From the NCBI GenBank assembly GCA_963721895.1, contig CAVRLZ010000030.1:207668-231667 (forward strand): a stretch of 24,000 bases of DNA. Reading direction: 5' to 3'. This stretch comes from an uncultured Chloroflexia bacterium. Its GTDB lineage: Bacteria > Chloroflexota > Anaerolineae > Ardenticatenales > Ardenticatenaceae. Positions 1 through 9,061 of the stretch are shown here, in pieces (positions within the stretch are counted from its first letter, which is position 1; the number at the start of each line of letters is the position of its first letter). A program made the position numbers and the translations under genes. The notes beneath the pieces were generated by a model. That model searched no databases. It was not told the DNA's origin and worked only from the letters and a program-made list of their open reading frames with translations.

Positions 1-1
1 G

Positions 2-397
2 CTCCTCGAACAGGAGGGGTTGGCAGCGGCGCTCCGTGCGCGGCTGGAGGCGGTGGAACAGCGCGCCCATCTTGTCACGTCCTTTGTCTGTGATGGAGTG
101 ACCGATCTCCCCCCCGCTATCGAGCAGGCACTTTACCGGATCGTCCAGGAGGGGTTGAACAACGTGATCAAGCATGCCAAGGCCGAGCGGATAAGCGTCT
201 TGTTGTACCAGGAAGGCTCCAGGGTATCGCTGGAGATTCGCGATGATGGACAAGGGTTCGATCTGGCCGCGCCCCGTGCGGCGGGCGGCCTCGGTTTGCG
301 CGGGATGGGGGAGCGCGTGGGCAGGCTAGGCGGACGGCTGCATATTTCCAGCGCGCCGGACACTGGTACATCTATCTGCGTCGAGCTTGTCGTATGA
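2..397 (+). CDS. Sensor histidine kinase, C-terminal part (HATPase domain, NarX/DegS/LiaS-like family); 5' end lies outside the window
   Basis: Frame is open from the window edge; protein has ALYRIVQEGLNNVIKHAKAERISVLL (N box), DDGQGFD (G1) and GLGLRGMGERVGRLGG (G2). Stop overlaps the downstream ATG (ATGA at 394-397). Confidence 0.9.
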   Translation, partial: LLEQEGLAAALRARLEAVEQRAHLVTSFVCDGVTDLPPAIEQALYRIVQEGLNNVIKHAKAERISVLLYQEGSRVSLEIRDDGQGFDLAAPRAAGGLGLRGMGERVGRLGGRLHISSAPDTGTSICVELVV

Positions 398-1065
398 ACC
401 TCCCCATCCGGGTGTTAGTGGTGGATGACCACGCCATCGTTCGTAAGGGGATCTGCGCCCTGATGTCTACCGAACCTGGGATAGAGGTGGTGGGCGAGGC
501 GGACAACGGGCAAGCAGCCATTGGTGAGGCGTTGCGACTTTGCCCGGATGTCATCGTGATGGACCTGGTGATGCCTGAGATGAATGGCATCGAGGCAATT
601 CAGCGCATCCGTGAGTGCCAGCCCTACGCGCGCGTGCTAGTCCTGACCAGCTTCGACACTGACAACATGCTGTTTCCAGCTATCCGTGCCGGCGCGATGG
701 GGTACACGCTAAAAAGTACTGGCCCCGACGCACTCGTGCGTGCCATCCGGCGTATATACGACGGCGACTCCGCACTCCATCCATCAATTGCCCGACGGGT
801 TCTGCAAGAGCTTTCCCGGCCTTCCTATGAGCATCCCACGGCAGAGCCCCTTACCGAGCGCGAGATGGAAGTGTTACGCCTCGTCGCCCAGGGGAAGAGC
901 AACCAGGAAATCGCCATCATGCTAGACATTTCTGAAACCACAGTACGCACGCATGTGAGCCATATTCTACGGAAGCTCCACCTTGCCAGCCGTACGCAGG
1001 CAACGCTTTATGCCCTGCGCGCCGGAATCGCTCCCCTATATGATGCGCCCAATAAATCTTCCTGA
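394..1065 (+). CDS. NarL/FixJ-family response regulator (receiver + LuxR-type HTH)
   Basis: Receiver VLVVDDHAIVRKGI...VIVMDLVMPEMNG...GYTLKST; C-terminal LTEREMEVLRLVAQGKSNQEIAIMLDISETTVRTHVSHILRKL. Overlaps the kinase stop by 4 nt. Confidence 0.96.
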   Translation: MNLPIRVLVVDDHAIVRKGICALMSTEPGIEVVGEADNGQAAIGEALRLCPDVIVMDLVMPEMNGIEAIQRIRECQPYARVLVLTSFDTDNMLFPAIRAGAMGYTLKSTGPDALVRAIRRIYDGDSALHPSIARRVLQELSRPSYEHPTAEPLTEREMEVLRLVAQGKSNQEIAIMLDISETTVRTHVSHILRKLHLASRTQATLYALRAGIAPLYDAPNKSS

Positions 1066-1120
1066 CCCGTGGCAACACATCATTTGTAGTAGGTAACCAC
1101 CAACTTGTGTCGAGAGGAGC

Positions 1121-1135
1121 ATGGTTCCAAACCAT
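1121..1135. promoter_or_regulatory. Short inverted repeat ATGGTT-CCA-AACCAT in the leader before the second operon; possible operator
   Basis: Perfect 6-bp arms read directly in the sequence, within a 250-nt gap with no supported CDS. Confidence 0.2.
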
Positions 1136-1315
1136 CTGAATTGAGTAGACTAAATCAACTCTGGTCGGATGACAACGGGCTTGTACCCGGTTATCTTCAT
1201 GGGAGAGCTCCGTATCTTCACCAATTGGAAAAGCGTACTGCAAATCACACCTCGATACCCCCTTTGTAACCCTCATCAAGTCAACCCAGACGCGGAATTG
1301 AATAGGTGATGGAAG

Positions 1316-1690
1316 GTGCCAATCCGCTTGCTGATAGCAGACGATAACGCCCAGACCCGATCAGGCTTGCGAGCCTTGCTGCGGACCTGGCCGGATGTAG
1401 AACTTGTGGACGAGGCCACCAACGGCGAGGAAGCAGTTCAACTGGTAGCGGAGCATCTTCCTGATGTCGTCCTGATGGATCTCTACATGCCACGGCTAGA
1501 CGGATTGGCCGCCACCCGCGTGATCAAGCAAAACTGGCCTCAGGTCAACGTCGTCATCCTGACGGTTCAGACAACGCGGCGCGGCGAGGCACTTGCGGCC
1601 GGTGCAGACGACTTTGTCTTGAAGGGGGCGCCCTTCAACCGCTTGTCGGACGCCTTACACCCGTCGAGCATTGCACGCAATCAACTTTGA
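1316..1690 (+). CDS. Stand-alone response-regulator receiver domain protein (no HTH output domain)
   Basis: PIRLLIADDNAQTRSGLRALL...DVVLMDLYMPRLDGLAA...VVILTVQTT...DDFVLKGAPFNRLSDAL, then stop; GTG start at 1316. Confidence 0.75.
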   Translation: MPIRLLIADDNAQTRSGLRALLRTWPDVELVDEATNGEEAVQLVAEHLPDVVLMDLYMPRLDGLAATRVIKQNWPQVNVVILTVQTTRRGEALAAGADDFVLKGAPFNRLSDALHPSSIARNQL

Positions 1691-1727
1691 GCGGAGACGC
1701 GCCCTATTCGAGGAGGAGGAGGGTCTG

Positions 1728-2666
1728 ATGGAAACGAAGAGACAGGATGTGCAGCCGCAGTTGCTGCAAACCGCGGCGGTTTCTGCCCCGCGCAGACTCA
1801 TGGATCGGAAATACGTTGTAGAGTACCTCTTTATTCTCCCTGCGCTGGTGGGCTTCATCCTCTTCTATGCCTACCCCGCCATACGTGGTCTCTACATCAG
1901 CCTGACCGACTGGAACCTTCTAACGCCCCCCAATTTCGTCGGATTCGACAACTATACCACTCTGCTGCAAGACCCAGAGTTCTGGCATTCGATGTGGGTC
2001 ACGATCTTCTACGTCATCCTGAACATCCCCTTACAGACCGTGCTTGCCCTCTTCATCGCTGTCATTTTCGACCGCTTCATTTCTGGCATGTGGTTCCGCA
2101 GCATCATGCTGCTGCCCTGGCTCATCCCCAACGTCGTTGTTGGGCTCCTATGGCTCTGGATGCTGGATCCATCGTTGGGCATTGTGAACAGCCTACTCGA
2201 ATCGGTTGGCCTTCCCGCCCAACCCTTCGCCGGCTCGCCGGACCAGGCCATGCCTACCATCGCAGCTGTCAACATCTGGCGACATGTTGGATACAGCGCC
2301 CTGCTGATCTTCGCGGGGCTGCAGACGGTTCCCAAAGACGTGTACGAAGCAGGCGCGATTGACGGTGCGTCCGAGGGTCGGATGTTCTGGAGTATTACCT
2401 TGCCGCTGCTGCGCCCCGTCCTGGTCTTCGTTCTGATTACCAGTTTGGTCGGCTCCTTCCAGATTTTCGACACCATTGCCATCATGACGGGCGGGGGGCC
2501 TGTGAATGCCACCCGAGTCATCTACTGGTACATCTACGAATACGCGTTCAGTCGCTTCGACTTCGGCTACGCGACGGCGGTGTCCATGGTGCTGTTTGCA
2601 CTGCTCGTCTTTGTCAGCCTTGTCCAGTTGCGCCTGTTGCGCGCCAACGAGTCGGACCTAGCATAA
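1728..2666 (+). CDS. Carbohydrate ABC transporter permease (MalF/UgpA-like)
   Basis: METKRQDV... with multiple TM segments, YLFILPALVGFILFYAYPAIRGLYISLTDW and EAGAIDGASEGRMFWSITLPLLRPVLVFV (EAA loop). ATG at 1728 is preceded by GGAGGAGGAGGG, so it is more likely than the ORF-track start at 1671. Confidence 0.93.
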   Translation: METKRQDVQPQLLQTAAVSAPRRLMDRKYVVEYLFILPALVGFILFYAYPAIRGLYISLTDWNLLTPPNFVGFDNYTTLLQDPEFWHSMWVTIFYVILNIPLQTVLALFIAVIFDRFISGMWFRSIMLLPWLIPNVVVGLLWLWMLDPSLGIVNSLLESVGLPAQPFAGSPDQAMPTIAAVNIWRHVGYSALLIFAGLQTVPKDVYEAGAIDGASEGRMFWSITLPLLRPVLVFVLITSLVGSFQIFDTIAIMTGGGPVNATRVIYWYIYEYAFSRFDFGYATAVSMVLFALLVFVSLVQLRLLRANESDLA

Positions 2667-2699
2667 GGTGCGGTTCATCTCATCTTCAAGGAGGAAGTG

Positions 2700-3632
2700 A
2701 TGGCTCAAGCGACCACCCCGCCTGCTCTGCCTACCCGCGCCGAGCGGCGCCCACGTCCCCCCGTGAATTGGACCCGGCTCCTGGCCTGGCTCGTCGCGCT
2801 ACTACTCGTGGCGGCGATCCTCTTCCCCTTCTATTGGGCGGTGCGCACTGCATTGTCCACGCCCCGCCTCCTTCTTTCCGGGGCAGAATCGCTCTCGCCC
2901 GTTGGCTTCACTACCAAGAACTTCGAGAGAGTCCTCGGCCTGCTCACCACGCAGGAGGCGATTGCGGCGGGGGGCTCCGGGCAAGCCGTCAACTTCTGGC
3001 TCTACCTGCGCAACTCCTTCATCATGACCATCCTTATTACGGTGGGACAACTGTTCTTCAGCTCGATGGCGGCCTACGCCTTCGCGCGATTACGTTTTCC
3101 GGGGCGGGAGCAAATTTTCACCTTCTTCTTAGCTGCGCTCATGGTACCGGGAATCGTCCTCCTCATACCGAACTTTGTCCTGATTCGCAACCTGGGCTGG
3201 CTTAATACCTTCCAGGGCCTTGTGGCACCCTACATCCTGATGACGCCCTTCGCCATCTTCTTCCTTCGCCAGTTCTTCCTGGGTATTAACCGTGAGCTGG
3301 AGGAGGCCGCCAAACTGGATGGGGCGAGTCTCGCGGGCGTCTACTGGCGCATCATTCTGCCGCTCAGCCGACCACCACTGGTCACCCTCGCCATCATCAC
3401 CTTCATCACGCACTGGAATGACTACCTGTGGCCCTTGCTGGTTGGACGTGACGAGTCTGTGCGAGTGCTCACCGTGGCGTTGGGCATCTTCAAGTCCCAG
3501 ACCCCCCAGGGGGCCCCCGACTGGGCGGGCCTGATGGCTGGCACCATCCTGGCGAGCATTCCGGTCATTGTGATCTTCATGCTGCTGGGGCGGCGTGTGG
3601 TGGACTCTATCCAGTTCAGCGGTATTAAGTAG
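2700..3632 (+). CDS. Carbohydrate ABC transporter permease (MalG/UgpE-like)
   Basis: LLVAAILFPFYWAVRTALST...EEAAKLDGASLAGVYWRIILPLSRPPLVTLAIITFITHWNDYLWPLLV (EAA motif); GGAGGAAG RBS before GTG/ATG at 2697/2700. Confidence 0.94.
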   Translation: MAQATTPPALPTRAERRPRPPVNWTRLLAWLVALLLVAAILFPFYWAVRTALSTPRLLLSGAESLSPVGFTTKNFERVLGLLTTQEAIAAGGSGQAVNFWLYLRNSFIMTILITVGQLFFSSMAAYAFARLRFPGREQIFTFFLAALMVPGIVLLIPNFVLIRNLGWLNTFQGLVAPYILMTPFAIFFLRQFFLGINRELEEAAKLDGASLAGVYWRIILPLSRPPLVTLAIITFITHWNDYLWPLLVGRDESVRVLTVALGIFKSQTPQGAPDWAGLMAGTILASIPVIVIFMLLGRRVVDSIQFSGIK

Positions 3633-3746
3633 CTGTCGCTTTTTACCCCTTCGGATAGAAGCTGTGTTCCGGCGAGCAAGGCGGGCATCGCAGGAATAGG
3701 TCGCATCGCCCGCTGATTACCCATCAATCGTTTCAAGGAGGAGACT

Positions 3747-5181
3747 GTGATACAGAACAAACGTACCCGTACTTATTGGATCCTGCTGGGGTGGCTACTT
3801 GCAGGGTTGCTCCTGGCGGCCTGTGGGGGCGCGGCGGACGACGGCGGAGAGGCACCATCAGAGCCAGCCGCCCAGGAGGAGCCCGCGCCCGCTGAGGATA
3901 GTGGTGGCGAGGAGGCAGCAGCCTCCGATGTGTCAGGCAGCGTTAAGTATTGGCTCTGGGACTCCAACCAGCTGCCTGCGTACCAGGCGTGTGGCGAAGC
4001 CTTTTCCGCGCAATATCCCAACATTACCGTGAATATTGAACAGCTTGGCTGGGACGATTACTGGTCCGGCATTCAAACCGGGTTTGTCTCGGGCGAGGCC
4101 CCCGATGTCTTCACCAATCACCTTGCCAAGTATCCGGAGTTTGTCGCTACCAACCAGCTGGTTGATATCCAGCCCCTCATCGAGCGCGACGGGGTGCCAA
4201 CCGACATCTACATCGCAGGATTGGCCGACCTGTGGATCAAGGATGGCGGGCGCTACGGCCTACCGAAAGACTGGGATACGGTAGCGATTATTTACAACAA
4301 GCAGATGTTTGAAGCCGCCGGGATAGACCCTGCACTCATGGAAGAGTGGACATGGAATCCAGAGGATGGGGGAACGTTCACTGAGGCCATCGCTCAGCTC
4401 ACGCTGGACGCGAACGGGAACAATGGTCTCAGCCCGGATTTCGACGCGGAGAACGTCGAGCAATACGGCTTTATCCCGCAGGGCTCCGGTGGTGCCTACG
4501 GTCAGACCCAATGGGCCTCCTTTGCTGCCAGCAATGGTTTCCAATTCCTCGATGATACATGGGCGGACAACTATCATTACGAGAACCCTGCGCTGGCCGC
4601 AACGCTGGAGTGGTACTCAGGGCTGGCCCTCGATCACGGCTATGCCCCAACCTTTGAGGAGCCTGCAGGGGCTTGGCGCACAGGCTATGTTCGCGGCAGG
4701 GCAGGGGGCTATCACGACCGACGGATCATGGATGATCAACTGGTATACCAGCAATACCGACTTTGAGGTCGGTTTCGGCCTCCCCCCGAGTGGGTCAGAG
4801 GGTCGCAAGAGCATGTTTAACGGCCTCGCGGACTCCATTTGGACTGGGTCGCAGAACCAGGAGGCTGCCTGGGAGTGGGTCAAGTTCCTTGCCTCGCCGG
4901 AGTGCCAGAATACGGTTGGCGAGCAAGCTGTGGTTTTCCCCGCTATCCAGTCCGGGGTGGACAACGCCCTGACGGCCTTTGAGGCGAAAGGGCTAGACGT
5001 TAGCGCCTTCAGCAATCTGGCCCTTGATCCCGACGCAACCTTCCTCTTCCCGATCACGGAGAATGCCTCGGAGGTCTCATCCATCATGGAGCCGGTCATG
5101 GACAGTATCATGCTCGGCCAGGAGGAACCAGCCGCAGCCCTCTCGGCGGCTGATTCCCGTGTAGACGCCGCTCTTAAGTAG
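3747..5181 (+). CDS. Extracellular sugar-binding lipoprotein (family 1 SBP), split by an apparent frameshift at 4668-4671
   Basis: N-terminal lipobox LLAGLLLAACGG; VKYWLWDSNQLPAYQACGEAFSAQYPNITVNIEQLGWDDYW; C-terminal half continues in another frame as GLGAQAMFAAGQGAITTDGSWMINWYTSNTDFEVGFGLPPSG...SIWTGSQNQEAAWEWVKFLASPECQ. Confidence 0.88.
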
Positions 5182-5190
5182 CGTAGGATC

Positions 5191-5219
5191 AGGAGCGACC
5201 TGCCTGGCAGGTCGCTCCT
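5191..5219. terminator. Strong hairpin after the ABC transporter operon (aggagcgacctgcc-t-ggcaggtcgctcct); terminator or attenuator-like
   Basis: Perfect 14-bp inverted arms around one central base, 10 nt after the SBP stop; no clear T-tract follows (gatttcc). Confidence 0.6.
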
Positions 5220-5260
5220 GGATTTCCATCTGGTGTATGGGGAACGGGATAGGAACCCTC

Positions 5261-6931
5261 ATGCGTATTTCATGGAAGGCGCGCCTGCTTGTGTGGCTGC
5301 TCTGTACCCTCTTCCTGGCCAGTTGCACCCCGCACGATTCCACCCATTCCAGCCCCCGCATTCTGCTTCCGGTTCGAGCATCCTCACAGCCTTTGGAGGA
5401 GCCCGCACGCTGTACAGGCCGGTTTGTCCTGCATGAGTTGGAGCACATGACCCTGGCCGGGGAGGTGACGCGTCTGTTTGAAAGCAATGGGGCGGGCGTA
5501 GCCATCAACGACCTTGACAATGATGGTGACCTGGACGTGGTGCTCGCTAATCTTCACGGCGACAATAGCATCTTGTGGAACGACGGCGACCTCCACTTTC
5601 ACCGCGAATCGCTCCCCTACAACAATTCGCGCGCTGTTGCCATCGTAGATGTGGAGGGAGATGGCTGGGCCGACCTCCTCCTCACCAGCGGGAATAGCGC
5701 CCCACGCCGCTGGCGCAACCTCGGGCCGGATGCGGAGGGGCAGGTGCGGTTCCGGTTCGTGCCGTTGCCCGGTGTATACGAGCCAGCTTACGCTCTGAAC
5801 TGGGCGGACCTGGAGGGCGATGGCGACCTGGACATGGTGACCGCTTCCTACGATGCGGCTCTCATGCTCGAGATGGGGAACGCTTTCCTCTTTGGTAGGA
5901 AGGGGGGGGTCTATCTTTACGAGCAAGAGGATGCCGGTTTCCAAGCTGTCGAACTTGCGGAGGAAGCACAGGCCCTGGCGCTAGGGTTGGCCGATTTCAC
6001 GGGTGATGGGCGACCAGACATCGCCGTCGGCAACGACTTTGATCTGCCCGACTTTTACTGGCAACGGGTAGAGGATGAGTGGCGGCCCGTGAGGCCCTTC
6101 GCTTCTACTGCCCACAGCACCATGAGTTTTGATTGGGGGGACATTGACAACGATGGGCGCATAGAATGGCTCGCCACGGACATGAAGCCCTATCAGCGAG
6201 ATGTTTCCACCCTTGCCGCCTGGCTGCCCTTGATGGAGAAGGGGTATCACACGCCCCGAGGTCTCCTTCGGCCCCAGATCCGCGAAAATGTCTTGCTGGT
6301 GGCAGAGCAGCCGGGTCGCTACCGCAACGAGGGATATGGGCGTGGCCTCGATGCGACAGGGTGGAGTTGGTCCGGTAAGTTTGGGGACCTGGACAATGAT
6401 GGTTACCTCGATGTCTATGTTGTCAATGGCATGATCGCTGAGGATTTACTGGCCCATCTTCCTGATGGGGAGCTGACAGAGGAAAACCAGGCCCGCCGTA
6501 ACGATGGTACGGGCCGCTTTCATCCCGCACCGGAGTGGGGCTTGGCCGGCACAGCCAGTGGTCGTGGCATGAGCTTCGCCGATCTTGATACGGATGGCGA
6601 TCTGGATATTGTCGTGAATAATTTGAACGCGCCTGCAGAGCTGTGGGAAAACAGGCTCTGTGGGGGGGAAGGGTTGGAAGTAGACTTGATATGGCCCGGC
6701 TCGCAGAACGTCCGAGCGGTGGGGGCAAGGCTTGTTCTCCACACGGAGCTTGGCGAGATGAGTCGCGACGTGCGCGTTATGAGTGGCTACCTTTCCGGCG
6801 ATCCGGCACGGATCCACTTCGGTTTTCCGGCGGGGACAGGGCTCCAGCGGCTAGAAATTTTCTGGCCGGACGGTCAACGCTCCGACATCGCGGGGCTGAA
6901 TTCGCACACGCTCCTAACGGTGACTCGCTGA
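5261..6931 (+). CDS. FG-GAP/VCBS repeat lipoprotein with ASPIC/UnbV-like C-terminal domain
   Basis: Signal/lipobox ARLLVWLLCTLFLASC; at least seven DxDxDG-type loops (NDLDNDGDLDVV, VDVEGDGWADLL, ADLEGDGDLDMV, ADFTGDGRPDIA, GDIDNDGRIEWL, GDLDNDGYLDVY, ADLDTDGDLDIV); C-terminal RAVGARLVLHT...RDVRVMSGYLSGDPARIHFGFPAGTGLQRLEIFWPDG resembles ASPIC/UnbV. Confidence 0.88.
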   Translation: MRISWKARLLVWLLCTLFLASCTPHDSTHSSPRILLPVRASSQPLEEPARCTGRFVLHELEHMTLAGEVTRLFESNGAGVAINDLDNDGDLDVVLANLHGDNSILWNDGDLHFHRESLPYNNSRAVAIVDVEGDGWADLLLTSGNSAPRRWRNLGPDAEGQVRFRFVPLPGVYEPAYALNWADLEGDGDLDMVTASYDAALMLEMGNAFLFGRKGGVYLYEQEDAGFQAVELAEEAQALALGLADFTGDGRPDIAVGNDFDLPDFYWQRVEDEWRPVRPFASTAHSTMSFDWGDIDNDGRIEWLATDMKPYQRDVSTLAAWLPLMEKGYHTPRGLLRPQIRENVLLVAEQPGRYRNEGYGRGLDATGWSWSGKFGDLDNDGYLDVYVVNGMIAEDLLAHLPDGELTEENQARRNDGTGRFHPAPEWGLAGTASGRGMSFADLDTDGDLDIVVNNLNAPAELWENRLCGGEGLEVDLIWPGSQNVRAVGARLVLHTELGEMSRDVRVMSGYLSGDPARIHFGFPAGTGLQRLEIFWPDGQRSDIAGLNSHTLLTVTR

Positions 6932-7674
6932 TGGTTACTCACTATCCTGATGGAAGATGGCCGGTGCTGCGCCTGCTTCACCCGCGAGCGCGAGGCCCAC
7001 TTCTGCTTGGGGCAATGCTGGTAGCCGTCGTCCTCTGGGGTACGGCAGTTTGGCGGGCAGGGCTGCCCACATGGGGCGCGACGAGCATCGCCGCCGCCGT
7101 GCTTGGGGTTCCCCTCGCCTTGAAATGGCATGACGATTGGCACCGCTTCGGGGCAGTCATCGCCGTGCTGAGCATCGTCCTGGTCGTGCAGGCGTTACAC
7201 ATGGTCGAGCATGTGATACAAGTTGTCCAGTTTTATGGCCTGGCCTGGTCCCCCGCCCGTTCCGGCGGTCTCATTTCCTCGTTGAACGTGGAGTGGGTTC
7301 ACTTTATATGGAACTGGCTCGTCGTCACAGCGATCCTGTACGTGATGCGTGGCGGGGTGCGAAACCGCTGGGCCTGGCTGCTGCTGATGTGGGCCGTCGC
7401 GCACAGTATCGAGCACACCTACCTGTTTGTACGCTACCTCCAACTGCGGCAGGCGCTACTGGCATTTGGCATCCCGGAACCACAGGTGGCTCAGGCGTTG
7501 CCGGGCCTTCTGGGGCGGGATGGTCTGCTCGGGCAGACGCTCAACTGTCAGCTCCCGGGGCTGACGACCTCCAGTCGCGTCACCGTACACTTCTGGTGGA
7601 ACGCGGGCGAGATGACCCTGCTCCTCTGCGCCGCCAACCGCCATCTCCATTGCTGGTTCAAGCGACTACCCTGA
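6931..7674 (+). CDS. Uncharacterised polytopic membrane protein with duplicated HxxEH / HFxWN motifs
   Basis: ATG at 6931 overlaps the previous stop (TGATG). Protein MVTHYPDGRWPVLRL... has about 6 hydrophobic segments and motifs HMVEH, HFIWN, HSIEH, HFWWN. Confidence 0.8.
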   Translation: MVTHYPDGRWPVLRLLHPRARGPLLLGAMLVAVVLWGTAVWRAGLPTWGATSIAAAVLGVPLALKWHDDWHRFGAVIAVLSIVLVVQALHMVEHVIQVVQFYGLAWSPARSGGLISSLNVEWVHFIWNWLVVTAILYVMRGGVRNRWAWLLLMWAVAHSIEHTYLFVRYLQLRQALLAFGIPEPQVAQALPGLLGRDGLLGQTLNCQLPGLTTSSRVTVHFWWNAGEMTLLLCAANRHLHCWFKRLP

Positions 7675-7686
7675 AACGAGGACTCC

Positions 7687-9036
7687 ATGACCAAGATTGT
7701 ATTTGTAGGGGCGGGCAGTACCGTGTTTGCAAAGAACCTGATGAGCGACATTCTCAGCTTTCCCGAGCTGGGAGAGAGCACTCTTGCGCTCTACGACATT
7801 GACGCTGAGCGGCTTCGAACGTCCGAGGTCGTAGCCCATAAAGTTGCAGCGGCCATCGGCGCTCACCCGACGATTGAGGCCACGACCGACCGGCGCGCGG
7901 CATTGGCCGGCGCGCAGTACGTGCTCTGCATGGTCCAGGTAGGGGGGTACCGCCCAGCCACGGTGCTCGACTTTGAGATTCCAAGAAAGTACGGCCTACA
8001 GCAGACCATCGCCGACACGTTGGGGATCGGCGGTATCATGCGCGGGCTGCGAACTATCCCTGTCCTGCTCGACATCTGTCGCGACATGGAAGAGATATGC
8101 CCCGACGCGCTCCTTCTCAACTACGTCAACCCGATGGCTATCAACTGCTGGGCGCTCCACCGCGCTACCCCTATCCGCACCGTGGGCCTCTGCCACAGCG
8201 TGCCCCATACCGCGCATGACCTGGCCCGCGACCTGGGGGTGCCCCCATCGGAGATCACCTATCTGGTTGCAGGTATCAACCACGTGGCCTTCTACCTGCG
8301 TTTGGAGCACAACGGAGAGGATTTGTATCCCAGGCTGCGCGAGTACATGGCCGCACGCGAGCAGGACGGGCAGTGGCCGGTGCGGGCGAGCGAGGCCAAT
8401 CCGATGGTGGATCACGTGCGCTACGAGATGTTCAAGCGGCTTGGGTACTTCGTCACCGAGTCGAGCGAGCATTTTAGCGAGTATGTCCCCTGGTTTATCA
8501 AGCGCGACCGCCCTGACCTAATCGAGCGCTTTGCCATTCCGCTGGATGAGTACCCGCATCGTTGCGAGGTCCAGCTCGCCCGGTGGCAGGGGCTGCGCGC
8601 CGAGTTGGAGGCACCCGGCTCCACTATAGAGGTCAAACGTAGCGTTGAATACGGCTCGCTGATCATTCATAGCATGGAAACGGGCCAGACACGCACGGTC
8701 TACGCTAATGTTGCCAACAACGGCCTGATTGACAACCTGCCCCAGGGTTGCTGTGTCGAGGTACCCTGCCTGGTAGATAGCAACGGCGTACAGCCAACCA
8801 AGATTGGCGTGTTGCCCCCCCACCTTGCGGCCCTGATGCGTAGCAACGTCAACGTGCAGGAGTTAACCGTCGAGGCGGCGCTGACAGGCAAACGCGACCA
8901 CATCTACCACGCCGCAATGCTCGACCCCCACACGGCGGCAGAACTTTCTTTGGACGAGATCGTGTCGCTCGTGGATGAGTTAATTGAGGCGCATGGGGAG
9001 TGGCTACCAGCGTATACCCCCTCGTCCGCCTGGTGA
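7687..9036 (+). CDS. melA: Glycoside hydrolase family 4 (alpha-galactosidase/6-phospho-glycosidase type, NAD- and Mn-dependent)
   Basis: N-terminal NAD-binding KIVFVGAGSTVFAKNLMSDIL; LLNYVNPMAINCWAL; GLCHSVPHTA (Cys/His metal motif); YLVAGINHVAFYLRL; SSEHFSEYVPWF. Confidence 0.9.
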   Translation: MTKIVFVGAGSTVFAKNLMSDILSFPELGESTLALYDIDAERLRTSEVVAHKVAAAIGAHPTIEATTDRRAALAGAQYVLCMVQVGGYRPATVLDFEIPRKYGLQQTIADTLGIGGIMRGLRTIPVLLDICRDMEEICPDALLLNYVNPMAINCWALHRATPIRTVGLCHSVPHTAHDLARDLGVPPSEITYLVAGINHVAFYLRLEHNGEDLYPRLREYMAAREQDGQWPVRASEANPMVDHVRYEMFKRLGYFVTESSEHFSEYVPWFIKRDRPDLIERFAIPLDEYPHRCEVQLARWQGLRAELEAPGSTIEVKRSVEYGSLIIHSMETGQTRTVYANVANNGLIDNLPQGCCVEVPCLVDSNGVQPTKIGVLPPHLAALMRSNVNVQELTVEAALTGKRDHIYHAAMLDPHTAAELSLDEIVSLVDELIEAHGEWLPAYTPSSAW

Positions 9037-9061
9037 TTACCCTACATGACAGGAGGCCAGC

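Noticed and set aside
6643-6930. N-terminal extension of the membrane protein ORF
   Set aside because: Overlaps the conserved ASPIC-like end of the FG-GAP gene; translation is Arg/Gly-rich noise. ATG at 6931 is better.
7137-7802. 221-aa + strand ORF spanning the membrane protein and the GH4 start
   Set aside because: Off-frame with two well-supported CDS; no recognisable domain.
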